The position numbers were made by a program, and so were the translations under genes. Of a stretch of 46,765 nucleotides of DNA, positions 1 through 8,215 are shown one piece after another. Origin of the DNA: Candidatus Aenigmatarchaeota archaeon. GTDB lineage: Archaea > Aenigmatarchaeota > Aenigmatarchaeia > CG10238-14 > SpSt-28. Under the pieces are notes generated by a model, which was not told the DNA's origin, searched no databases, and was given only the letters and a program-made list of their open reading frames with translations. The stretch lies in NCBI GenBank assembly GCA_020832825.1, contig JAJHRL010000003.1:1-46765 (forward strand). The letters are read 5' to 3'. How positions within the stretch are numbered: the first letter of the stretch is position 1; each line of letters opens with the position of its first letter.

Positions 1-89
1 TTGGTATAGATAGGTTAACGATGATTTTGACAAATGTTCAATCGATAAGAGAGGTTATCGCATTTCCAACTTTGAGACCAGAGAAATAA
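1..89 (+). CDS. lysS: Class II lysyl-tRNA synthetase, C-terminal end (partial, not in ORF track)
   Basis: Frame from nt 3 reads GIDRLTMILTNVQSIREVIAFPTLRPEK*, the class II motif 3 and terminal FP motif typical of LysRS-II. Confidence 0.85.
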   Translation, partial: GIDRLTMILTNVQSIREVIAFPTLRPEK

Positions 90-148
90 GCTTAGTAGTA
101 CTGTAGTATTAATAGTAAAAAAAAAAATATAAAAATATAAAATAAACA

Positions 149-574
149 ATGACAAGCATAGATTTTATAAAAAACGATAAAGTAGTTGAATTAATTTTGA
201 TTGTAGTGATTGGAACCTCGCTCCTTGGGTTGTTCTTTTCTGCACAAAAAGTGAAAAATATGAGAGATATTAAAGAAATCTTCTTAAATAAAACATCTGT
301 GGTTTTAAGTATACAACCTGAATCTTTTTGTGGACCTTCATTTATGACAATAGTTGTTAAGAATGATGGACATAACGCAAGTGGACCTATAAAAGTAACT
401 GTTTCTGACCCAGAAGAAAGGGTGTCTTCAACATGCGTAATATCAAATATAGATCCCTTAAATATTGAAAGTTGTTCGATACAGAGAGGAGTAAGCCTAA
501 TGAAACCAGGATTTTATAAAATAACAGTATCTTCAGAAAAATCAAATGCAAGCGGAAAAATTTACTGTCCTTAA
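149..574 (+). CDS. Membrane-anchored hypothetical protein, pilin-like or Ig-like
   Basis: N-terminal hydrophobic helix (VVELILIVVIGTSLLGLFF) followed by a beta-rich domain with Cys pairs; no clear K-G/A class III cleavage site. Confidence 0.55.
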   Translation: MTSIDFIKNDKVVELILIVVIGTSLLGLFFSAQKVKNMRDIKEIFLNKTSVVLSIQPESFCGPSFMTIVVKNDGHNASGPIKVTVSDPEERVSSTCVISNIDPLNIESCSIQRGVSLMKPGFYKITVSSEKSNASGKIYCP

Positions 575-618
575 AAAATTAAAAACATCGGTTAATTAAT
601 GGCTAAAGAAATAAAATT

Positions 619-1623
619 ATGAGTGTTTTCAAAAGAGAGGAGGTTTTGTATCCGGAGTATTTGCCATTGAATTTACCACATAGAGAAGGACAAATAAGGC
701 TAATCTCTGAGAATCTTTCTTTGCTATTGAAAAACAGCAAGCCTATGAACATTTTCATTTATGGTCCACCAGGAGTTGGAAAGACTGCAGTTGCAAAATT
801 CATCTTGAGAGAATTTGAGCAATATTCAGGAATAAAAAACATTTACATAAATTGTTGGCAATACAACACTTCTTTTGCTATTCTTTCTGAAATCGGAATT
901 TCTATTGGTGCTTTTGTTTCCAGAAGAGGATGGGCAAAAGATGAAATATTCAGTAGAATTGTTCAAACAATGGAAAACAACAGATTAAATTTGATTGTAG
1001 TTTTGGATGAGGTTGATCAATTGGTAAAAAATGATTCAAGTGTTCTCTACGATTTGTTAAGAATAGAAAACTACACAAAACAAAAGATTGGTTTAATTTT
1101 CATTTCGAACGATAAGTATGTCTTCAGAAATGTTGAAGAGAGAATAAGAAGTAGTTTAAATTTGGAAGAAATAGAATTTAAACCTTACACTTTTCTAGAA
1201 ATGAAAGATATTGTTGAAGAAAGGATGAAAGAGGCCTTTGTTGCTTATGAAGATGGAGTTTCTGCTTTGATAGCTGCAAGAGCCGCTGAAAAAGGTGATG
1301 TTAGAATCGCTTTAGAAATTTTATTAAAAGCTGGAAGAATAGCAAAAGATAAGTTAAGGGTTGAAGACGTAAAAAAAGTGATAAAAGAAGAGATTAATCC
1401 AAAAGCTCAAGAAATAATGAAAGTTTTGAGTGAAGAAGAAAAAAGAATTATTGAGATATTGGATAGACCAAAAACAACTAAAGAGATTTTCGAGGAACTA
1501 AAGAAAAGTAGCAACATTAGCAGAGCGGAATTCTATAGAATTTTGAACGAAATGATTAAAAAAGGCTTAATTAAAATTCTCGGAAAAAAGAATCGTCTTT
1601 CAGTTTTACATAAAGTTTTATAA
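619..1623 (+). CDS. cdc6: Orc1/Cdc6 family replication initiator (AAA+ plus winged helix)
   Basis: YLPLNLPHRE, Walker A GPPGVGKT, YINC, Walker B VLDEVD, RIRSSL, FKPYT, GDVR; C-terminal wHTH. Confidence 0.92.
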   Translation: MSVFKREEVLYPEYLPLNLPHREGQIRLISENLSLLLKNSKPMNIFIYGPPGVGKTAVAKFILREFEQYSGIKNIYINCWQYNTSFAILSEIGISIGAFVSRRGWAKDEIFSRIVQTMENNRLNLIVVLDEVDQLVKNDSSVLYDLLRIENYTKQKIGLIFISNDKYVFRNVEERIRSSLNLEEIEFKPYTFLEMKDIVEERMKEAFVAYEDGVSALIAARAAEKGDVRIALEILLKAGRIAKDKLRVEDVKKVIKEEINPKAQEIMKVLSEEEKRIIEILDRPKTTKEIFEELKKSSNISRAEFYRILNEMIKKGLIKILGKKNRLSVLHKVL

Positions 1624-1665
1624 CCTTGCTGAACTCAATAAATATTAAAGCGGGAATATAGTATA

Positions 1666-1819
1666 TAGGATAGCGGGACTAGAAAGCGGGGTAGGGCAGC
1701 CTGGAGTGCCCGCCGACATCGAGGCGGAGGGCTCATAACCCGGAGGTCGTTGGTTCAAATCCAAAGAGGGTAAGCCAAGCTTACCCTCGGGAAACCCCCG
1801 CTATCATCCCGCTATCCTA
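1666..1819. repeat. Perfect 13-bp inverted repeat enclosing tRNA-iMet
   Basis: TAGGATAGCGGGA (1666-1678) is the exact reverse complement of TCCCGCTATCCTA (1807-1819). Confidence 0.9.
1685..1803 (+). tRNA. tRNA-Met(CAT), initiator type, with two introns (1716-1729 at 29/30; 1765-1794 at about 64/65)
   Basis: A1:U72 acceptor AGCGGGG/CCCCGCT, D-stem GGGC/GCCC, anticodon stem CCGGG/CCCGG with three G:C pairs, CT-CAT-AA loop and T-arm GTTGG-TTCAAAT-CCAAC, all restored once the two inserts are removed. Confidence 0.9.
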
Positions 1820-1867
1820 ATCTTATAGCTTTTTCCCATTCTGAATCTTCTGAATCCTCAGTAGTAA

Positions 1868-1900
1868 GTGTAAAATTCTGACTGTTTACGGATTTTACAC
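1868..1900. repeat. Intergenic inverted repeat or hairpin
   Basis: GTGTAAAAT (1868-1876) pairs with ATTTTACAC (1892-1900), extendable inward by T:G and C:G. Confidence 0.5.
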
Positions 1901-2136
1901 CATCTGTATATCTTATTCTTTGAAAAATTCTTTCAAAAACTCCTTTCTAATTTCGAATGATCGAAAATTCTTTTAAAGAAGTAGTATATCATAAGTTCTT
2001 AGTTCTTAATCTCAAAACTATTAGTAATTTTCTAACATCATTCCATTTCACTTTAATGTCTCAACTAGCTTATTACTAAGCCAATACTCGTTTAATTTTC
2101 CGATGAAGTTTAATTTTTCAATTTTCAAAATCACAA

Positions 2137-2991
2137 ATGCCAGCAAATTTACCAAGAGAATGGTACATTCTAGAAGAAGAATTTAGAAACGAGAAGAATT
2201 TAGAGAAAAAGATAGAACTTCTTAAGGAATTAATAGCTCTTACTCCGAAGCATAAAGGAACGGAAAATTTGCTAGCAGAGTTAAGAAGAAGATTATCTAG
2301 ACTAGAGGATATACTCGAGAAGAAAAGCAAGAGAGTCGGTAAAAAAATAAAGCTCATAGAAAAATGTGGAGATATTTTGGTTTCTATCCTTGGTTTTACT
2401 CAAGTCGGTAAAAGCACATTGCTAAAACTGTTAACGAATGCTAACGTAGAAATTGATGATAAACCATATACAACAAAAGAGCCGGCAACAGGAGTTTGTT
2501 TTTATAAAGGTGTCTATATTCAATTCGTAGAAATTCCTTCATTTTTCCTTAAAAAACATTTGAGTATTTGCCATTCTTCTGACTTACTTCTTTTATTGAT
2601 AAGAAATGAAGAAGAGTTAAGAGAACTTGAAAAGATTCTTGATGAAAACAAGCTGAAGAACAAACCAAATATTGTTGTTAAAAGAGTTGGCGGTAGCATT
2701 TTCTTCGAAAACACAGAAGTAAATGAAAACTTCTGTAAACTCCTGGATAGCATCTTGAAGCAGACAAAAGTTATTAGAGTATTCATGAAACCTCCTGACA
2801 AAGAGGTTGAAAGAAGAGCAGTTGTTCTTAAAGAAGGTGCAACGATAAAAGAGCTTATAGAAAAATTAAATACATCTTGGCTAAAAACTTTCAAGTTTGC
2901 AAGAATTTTTGACAAAACAAAATTCTCTGGTAGAAGAGTTGGTTTAGACTATCAGCTAAAGGATGAAGATATTGTAGAACTACATTTTTAA
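2137..2991 (+). CDS. DRG/OBG-family GTPase-like protein with C-terminal TGS domain (degenerate G motifs)
   Basis: MPANLP start, PKHKGTE, G1 GFTQVGKST, G2 YTT, TGS end GRRVGLDYQLKDEDIVELH. Confidence 0.85.
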   Translation: MPANLPREWYILEEEFRNEKNLEKKIELLKELIALTPKHKGTENLLAELRRRLSRLEDILEKKSKRVGKKIKLIEKCGDILVSILGFTQVGKSTLLKLLTNANVEIDDKPYTTKEPATGVCFYKGVYIQFVEIPSFFLKKHLSICHSSDLLLLLIRNEEELRELEKILDENKLKNKPNIVVKRVGGSIFFENTEVNENFCKLLDSILKQTKVIRVFMKPPDKEVERRAVVLKEGATIKELIEKLNTSWLKTFKFARIFDKTKFSGRRVGLDYQLKDEDIVELHF

Positions 2992-3012
2992 TTTGGAACT
3001 CAAATAACTGAA

Positions 3013-4095
3013 ATGAGAGTTGGAGAAGTGATGACAAAAAATATTTATACATTGAGTAAAAACGATACAGTAGCTAAAGCAATTTCATTGATGATTGAAA
3101 AGAGATTTCATCAGATTCCGATAGTGGAGAAGAAATATGAAGGGATGGTCTTTTTGAAAGATTTAATAAAATGTAGGTCAGATCCAACAAAGACCAAACT
3201 CGAGAATTTCATAACCACCACGCCTATATTGAAAGAAAGTATGGATATTTTAGAGGCTACGAAAGTGCTTATAGGTTCTGGTTTAAGAGCGCTGCCTGTT
3301 GTTGAAGACAAGAATATTGTTGGAATATTGAGTGAGACGGATGTAATTTTAAGAATAAAGAGGAAAGAGTTAAGAAATGTTAAAGCAAGCGAAGTAATGA
3401 GCAAGGTAATTGTTGCATCTGAAAATGAAAGATTAAGAACAATTTTAAGGATTATGGAAAAAAATAGAATAAGTTCTGTCCCTCTTGTGGACTGGAAAGA
3501 AGAACTTTCTGGATGTATAAATCTTTTTTCAATTGCAAGATTTCTTTGCAAAAAGAAGGAAAGAATAGAATCGCTGAGATCAGCAAAAGAAAGGGAAAAT
3601 ATCTTGGATAATCCTGCAAAGAATTTTTCCTTTATGCCAAATACTGCAGCAGAGGATACTACACTCGAAGAAATCGTAAAACTTTTGCAAAATGGGGAGG
3701 AAGTCGTTATAACAGAAAAAAATAAGCCAAGAGGAATCATAAAAGCTAGAGATGTGTTAGAAAGACTAAGCTTTAAGGAGAGGGTTCCTGTACTGATATC
3801 AGGAATGGAAGAAGGAAGAGAGAAAATTGTGGAATTTTTTGAAAGGACATCTGAAAAATGGAAGAAGCTTGATGTTCAGCAAGTAGTTATTCAAGTGGAG
3901 AAACTAGGAGCAAGGGAAAAATACTTTGGTAGAATAAAAGCTTACACACGAGGCGAAATTTTAATAGCTTCTTCACAAGCTTTTGATCTTAATACTCTGG
4001 TAAGAGAGTTAAGAGAAAAAATAGAAAGAGAAATAATAAAGAGGAGAGAAATAAGAAGGGATAAGAAAAAAATGATTAAGATAATGGGTGAATAG
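3013..4095 (+). CDS. Four-CBS-domain protein with C-terminal HPF-like domain (candidate archaeal ribosome hibernation factor)
   Basis: CBS repeats (VGEVMTK...QIPIV; ALPVV...GILSETD; SSVPLV; GIIKARD) then a beta-alpha-beta3-alpha tail ending AFDLNTLVRELREKIEREI. Confidence 0.75.
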   Translation: MRVGEVMTKNIYTLSKNDTVAKAISLMIEKRFHQIPIVEKKYEGMVFLKDLIKCRSDPTKTKLENFITTTPILKESMDILEATKVLIGSGLRALPVVEDKNIVGILSETDVILRIKRKELRNVKASEVMSKVIVASENERLRTILRIMEKNRISSVPLVDWKEELSGCINLFSIARFLCKKKERIESLRSAKERENILDNPAKNFSFMPNTAAEDTTLEEIVKLLQNGEEVVITEKNKPRGIIKARDVLERLSFKERVPVLISGMEEGREKIVEFFERTSEKWKKLDVQQVVIQVEKLGAREKYFGRIKAYTRGEILIASSQAFDLNTLVRELREKIEREIIKRREIRRDKKKMIKIMGE

Positions 4096-4653
4096 ATGAG
4101 TATAACACTTTTTTTGATTTTCTTAATGCTCTTTACTTTTGCTATTCAAGATTCTTTTAACTTACTGCCCTACTTTTCTTTTATTCCACATTATGCAATT
4201 GTGCAACCATGGAGATTCGTAACCTCAATATTTTTGCATGCAAATTTTCCACATTTATTTTATAATATCCTCGCGCTCTTCTTCTTTGGACATTACCTTG
4301 AGAGAATCATTAGCAAAAAATCTTTTCTATTGATTTTCTTCCTCTCCGGAATTTTTGGCAACCTACTATTTTTCCTAACAACATCCAATGCTTTATCGCT
4401 TGCCGTTGGAGCGTCTGGAGCTATTTATGGAATAGTAGGTGCATTAGCAGCGTTAAGACCTTTTGCGATTGTATATGTTTACTTCACCCCCGTACCCTTA
4501 ATTACCATGGCTTTTATCTGGGCTTTCCTTTCTTTTTTAGGAATTTTTGTTCCAAGCAACATAGCACATGCTGCACACTTTTCTGGCTTAGTAACAGGAT
4601 ATGTTTTAGGACGCTACATAGGAGAAAGAGGAAGAAAGTTTAAGAGGGGATAA
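4096..4653 (+). CDS. Rhomboid family intramembrane serine protease
   Basis: PWRFVTSIFLH, HLFYN, catalytic GASG, AHAAHFSG. Confidence 0.93.
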   Translation: MSITLFLIFLMLFTFAIQDSFNLLPYFSFIPHYAIVQPWRFVTSIFLHANFPHLFYNILALFFFGHYLERIISKKSFLLIFFLSGIFGNLLFFLTTSNALSLAVGASGAIYGIVGALAALRPFAIVYVYFTPVPLITMAFIWAFLSFLGIFVPSNIAHAAHFSGLVTGYVLGRYIGERGRKFKRG

Positions 4654-4670
4654 AAAACATAGTTGGTTGC

Positions 4671-4964
4671 TTAAGATTTTTGTATTTCCTCCTTGGATAT
4701 TTCTCCTTCCTGCGGTGCTGAGGCAACTATGTGCTTCGTTATAACTACATCACCAATCGCTTGGACTACAGAATAAGGAATTATGACCCTCTTTGCTCCT
4801 AAAAGCTTTCCCATCTCGCTGCTTGTATCTGTTTCCACAACTATGGACTTTAATCTAAATGTGCTCAGATCTATCTCCAGATCTCTGAGCTTACCAAGAT
4901 AATATCCTTTGTTTGTAAATACGTCTCTTTCTATCGCTTCTGTAACTTCTTTGACACTCACCAT
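4671..4964 (-). CDS. PRC-barrel domain protein
   Basis: DVFTNKGYYLGKLRDLEID and IIPYSVVQAIGDVVI; SD-like GGAGG upstream. Confidence 0.85.
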   Translation of the reverse strand: MVSVKEVTEAIERDVFTNKGYYLGKLRDLEIDLSTFRLKSIVVETDTSSEMGKLLGAKRVIIPYSVVQAIGDVVITKHIVASAPQEGEISKEEIQKS

Positions 4965-5001
4965 CCTCTCGCCTCCAATATTAGTATATTAATTTAGAGT
5001 A

Positions 5002-5008
5002 TTTAAAA
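5002..5008 (+). promoter_or_regulatory. TATA box of tRNA-Ser
   Basis: TTTAAAA beginning 30 nt upstream of tRNA position 1. Confidence 0.55.
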
Positions 5009-5031
5009 CCTGTAATTAAAATGAAATTAGT

Positions 5032-5132
5032 GCTGGGGTCGCCTAACCTGGTAGGGCACCAGCCTGCTATAGTTCGACTATGGAAAGCTGGTGGGGTTTA
5101 TCCCCTTGCGGGTTCAAATCCCGCCCCCAGCG
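5032..5132 (+). tRNA. tRNA-Ser(GCT) with 16-nt intron at 37/38 (5070-5085)
   Basis: Acceptor GCTGGGG/CCCCAGC, G73, long variable arm GGGG-TTTAT-CCCC, anticodon stem CCAGC/GCTGG, BHB with one C-A mismatch. Confidence 0.88.
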
Positions 5133-5141
5133 AGGGGAAAA

Positions 5142-5762
5142 ATGAAAACTCTTCAACTAGAGGAAGCATTAAGAAGTAGGAAATTCTCTTTTTTATCTCC
5201 ATCTCTTCTTATAGCAAAGGAATTGGGTTTGAAGTATGTAATTGTTGAAAAAAATTCAATAACTGGTCCTGCTATCGGCCTTTCAATAGTTGTAGATAAA
5301 TTAACAAAAAACTTGCCAATAAAATCGATGATGGATTTATGTTGCGGTACTGGTGCATTAGCTAAAATTGCATACAGAAATGGCGTTGAGAAGATCGTAT
5401 GCATAGATAAAAATATCAATGCAGCTAAAAGAAATCTGAACGGAAAGAACATAAGAATAATAAAAGCCGACATTCTTCGGTTTAAAATCAATGAATTCTT
5501 CGATTTGATAGTTTTAGATGCTCCAAGAGGAATACTACCAAAACTTTTTAAAAGATTTGAAGAGTTTCTCCGCCATTCCAACATTTTCATTCTTTGGCAT
5601 GGTAGTTGTGAGGAAGAAGAATGGAACAAAAGTGTTAGAGAAATTCTTCGAGGCGTTTCCAACACTGTTTATTCTTTTTCAGTTTATGGAGAAGAAATAT
5701 CCGCAGCTTCTTCAACAAAGAAAGGAGTAAGATGGTTGAAAAAATTTTATAGAAAGTGGTAA
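5142..5762 (+). CDS. Class I SAM-dependent methyltransferase
   Basis: MDLCCGTG, CIDKN, KADIL, FDLIVLDAPR; start moved to ATG 5142 because the ORF-track start lies inside tRNA-Ser. Confidence 0.8.
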   Translation: MKTLQLEEALRSRKFSFLSPSLLIAKELGLKYVIVEKNSITGPAIGLSIVVDKLTKNLPIKSMMDLCCGTGALAKIAYRNGVEKIVCIDKNINAAKRNLNGKNIRIIKADILRFKINEFFDLIVLDAPRGILPKLFKRFEEFLRHSNIFILWHGSCEEEEWNKSVREILRGVSNTVYSFSVYGEEISAASSTKKGVRWLKKFYRKW

Positions 5763-5763
5763 G

Positions 5764-6213
5764 ATGGAGTGTGAAATTTGTGGAGAGAAAGCGAAAAGAA
5801 TTTTCGTTGTTGAAATAGAAGGAGTTAGAGTTAGAGCTTGTGAAAAATGCTCAAAAAGCGGAAACATTTTAACTATCATTGAAGAAAAGAATGAGGAAAG
5901 AAAAGAAAAGAAGTTGTATAGAGAAATGACAGATGAATATCTACTCGTTGAAAACTACGGAAAAATTATAAGCGAGGCAAGGAAAAAGGCTGGACTTAGT
6001 ATAAGAGAAATAGCTGAGAAAATTGGGGAAAAGGAAAGTTTAGTTAAAAAAATTGAGAAAGAGGAAATAAGACCATCAGAAGAACTTGTTAATAAACTTG
6101 AGAGAATTTTGAAAGTAAATCTTAGAGAGAAGATAAAAGAAGAAAGGGAAAGCAGGAAGAAGGAGACTGGAAAAAAACTAAGAATAGCTGATGTTGTAAT
6201 TATAAGAGACTAG
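5764..6213 (+). CDS. mbf1: Archaeal multiprotein bridging factor 1 (Zn ribbon plus HTH)
   Basis: MECEICG...CEKC, LVENYGKIISEARKK HTH, C-terminal LRIADVV. Confidence 0.9.
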   Translation: MECEICGEKAKRIFVVEIEGVRVRACEKCSKSGNILTIIEEKNEERKEKKLYREMTDEYLLVENYGKIISEARKKAGLSIREIAEKIGEKESLVKKIEKEEIRPSEELVNKLERILKVNLREKIKEERESRKKETGKKLRIADVVIIRD

Positions 6214-6482
6214 AGAGCCTTCTTAAATTTTTCTCTAAATTCTTTTGTAATCTCTATTAGTTCCTCTGCCGCTTTTTTTAATGCATCCTTGACTGTCCCT
6301 TCTTTAACTTTTACCCATATTTTCGGTTCGCTGAGGTAAGGATGTTCTCTGAAGGAGGCTGCCTCAGTAACGTTCTTATTTTCCCAAAGCTGTTCTTCTA
6401 GGGCACTAGTTAGTGTGAACGTCTCCTCTTTTACTTCTATCAAGGCGCTCTTTGCATCGCCTTTAAGTTTAATTATTCTCAT
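6210..6482 (-). CDS. rpoL: RNA polymerase subunit L (Rpo11)
   Basis: EETFTLTSAL...ASFREHPYLSEP; about 90 aa. Confidence 0.85.
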   Translation of the reverse strand: MRIIKLKGDAKSALIEVKEETFTLTSALEEQLWENKNVTEAASFREHPYLSEPKIWVKVKEGTVKDALKKAAEELIEITKEFREKFKKAL

Positions 6483-6519
6483 GCGTTCTATTTTACCTTC
6501 GCTATTTATAAAACTTCAA

Positions 6520-7752
6520 CTATGGGTATGAAATTCTTAGCACAACTTTATATGGTTCATACATATCGTAGTTCTGAATATCTAGGTATGTAAGCGTGTA
6601 CGCACTTGTTGGCTGTGGAAAGTAAGGCCTTCTGTTTGATACACTCAAAATTAAAGAAAGTAAAGCAAGTTTTTGGTCGTGAGTCGTTTTATTCTCTCTA
6701 TCAAAATCCGCTATCCACGCTATTTTAGATGTATTTAACACTGCTACAGGAACTTTGGAAGTCGGTAAACCTTCGTAGAGAAATATTCTGTCCTCTTTCC
6801 CATCTATTAAAGTAACGTTATTACTGCCTCGAAAATCAGTAAAATTATAAATCTTCTTGAAGGAAACTGCAAAGCTTGAATTCGATAAAATATAGGAAAG
6901 GAAAAAATTGTAGTCATAAAGAGAGAAGCTCTCTCTTTCTGAAACAGAAACTATTGTTGTTGAAGTTTTAAAATAAACTTTCTTTGAAGCATAATCTATT
7001 TCAAAAGGTACAACATAGTTTCTAAAGGTGAAATTGCCGATGTAATTCCCTGTTGTAGTGTTTAGAGAAGTCGCATTAACGATAAGCGGAATATTGTAGA
7101 AAAATTTATAGGGATAATAAATGTCACTAGAAGCTGCAGAAGGTATGTTTATGTAAACATCACTGGTAACCTGTTGAGGAGAAATTTCTATACCAAAAAT
7201 TTCTTTCGTTGCACTATCTATTACAGAAGGGAAATCAGAAATTTCAATGAGACCTTTTCCTTTTGAAATGTAGTTTAAAACATTGCTCTTGTAGTCTGTC
7301 AGGTTAATGTAATTACAAATGAGCAGTAGATCTGAATATTCTGGAATGCTTGTTAAATTAACTGGAATGAAAAAAATGTTAATTACTCTTTTGTTAACAA
7401 CAAGAGAACCATACCATTCTGAAAATCTTTTTATCTTCTCTTCGCTACAATTAGCTGCAACTATTATAGCTTTCTTAAGAGTTTCTTCTGGGAAAACATC
7501 TACAATTAAAGACTGATTAGCAATGGTAGTTTTACTTAAGAATTCTTTTAAGGATACTTCAAAAAAGGAAGCATTATACAGCTTTTTGCTAAAATCGAGT
7601 GCAACTAGTATATCCCTTCCAAGTATAGCTAATGTTGCTTTTTCCCAATTATCTTGGGAAACTATAGGTTTAAAAATAAAATAAAAAGATGCAAACAAAA
7701 TGAGCAAAGCAGAAAGAACTTCAAGTGTGCTTATCTGAGCTAGTAAAGCCAT
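6520..7752 (-). CDS. Large minor pilin or adhesin-like protein of the type IV pilus operon
   Basis: N-terminus A|QISTLEVLSALLILF resembles a class III signal peptide; many N-x-S/T sequons; last gene of the operon. Confidence 0.6.
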   Translation of the reverse strand: MALLAQISTLEVLSALLILFASFYFIFKPIVSQDNWEKATLAILGRDILVALDFSKKLYNASFFEVSLKEFLSKTTIANQSLIVDVFPEETLKKAIIVAANCSEEKIKRFSEWYGSLVVNKRVINIFFIPVNLTSIPEYSDLLLICNYINLTDYKSNVLNYISKGKGLIEISDFPSVIDSATKEIFGIEISPQQVTSDVYINIPSAASSDIYYPYKFFYNIPLIVNATSLNTTTGNYIGNFTFRNYVVPFEIDYASKKVYFKTSTTIVSVSERESFSLYDYNFFLSYILSNSSFAVSFKKIYNFTDFRGSNNVTLIDGKEDRIFLYEGLPTSKVPVAVLNTSKIAWIADFDRENKTTHDQKLALLSLILSVSNRRPYFPQPTSAYTLTYLDIQNYDMYEPYKVVLRISYP

Positions 7753-8213
7753 ACAACCAGCTCTCCATAACTTCCATTATCAAAACTTACAATCCTAGAA
7801 AACTTTATCCCAGTATCTGCCCCTCGATAACAGCTCGCTATTAACTTCCCTTCTAAGTAAACAAATAGATTTATTTCATTTTTTAAGTCAAGCATTTTTT
7901 TAAACTTCTGATAATCTGAATTACAAATTGTAATTGCACTATTCACTTTAAGAAGCGAAAGAACGTTGGTTTTGTTTAAAGTTTCATTCATTAGTCCTAT
8001 CCTTTTGATTTCCCCTTCGTACCAATTAGCAGGACTGCCAACGTCATTCACAAGAAGTTCAGAAACTTGATACGCTTCTGAAAGTAAAAACATTCTTTTA
8101 ATTTCAGTAAGATAGGTAGAATAGTAAGTAAGCAGTTGATAAATGAGAAATAGTACTGCTGAAACGAAAATAGAAATGGCTGCAAATTGTTCAAAACCGA
8201 CTTGCGTCTTCAT
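7740..8213 (-). CDS. Type IV pilin-like protein
   Basis: MKT|QVGFE followed by a hydrophobic helix; GSPANW motif. Confidence 0.65.
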   Translation of the reverse strand: MKTQVGFEQFAAISIFVSAVLFLIYQLLTYYSTYLTEIKRMFLLSEAYQVSELLVNDVGSPANWYEGEIKRIGLMNETLNKTNVLSLLKVNSAITICNSDYQKFKKMLDLKNEINLFVYLEGKLIASCYRGADTGIKFSRIVSFDNGSYGELVVWLY

Positions 8214-8215
8214 TC

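Noticed and set aside
1989-2057. HicA-like toxin remnant on the minus strand (IKVKWNDVRKLL...)
   Set aside because: Only about 22 codons, no start codon and no GSH motif; too weak to call
575-2136. Canonical ORB-containing replication origin beside cdc6
   Set aside because: No repeated TTCCA..TGGAAA or G-string ORB motif is visible
5059-5091. Alternative splicing of tRNA-Ser giving a GGA (Ser) or GCA (Cys) anticodon
   Set aside because: Removing 16 nt at other registers does give CT-GGA-AA or CT-GCA-AA, but only 37/38 forms a plausible BHB. The GGAA end is explained by pairing with C32-U33, as in the Ile intron.
5091-5141. N-terminal extension of the methyltransferase ORF
   Set aside because: It overlaps the tRNA-Ser variable and T arms; ATG 5142 is the better start
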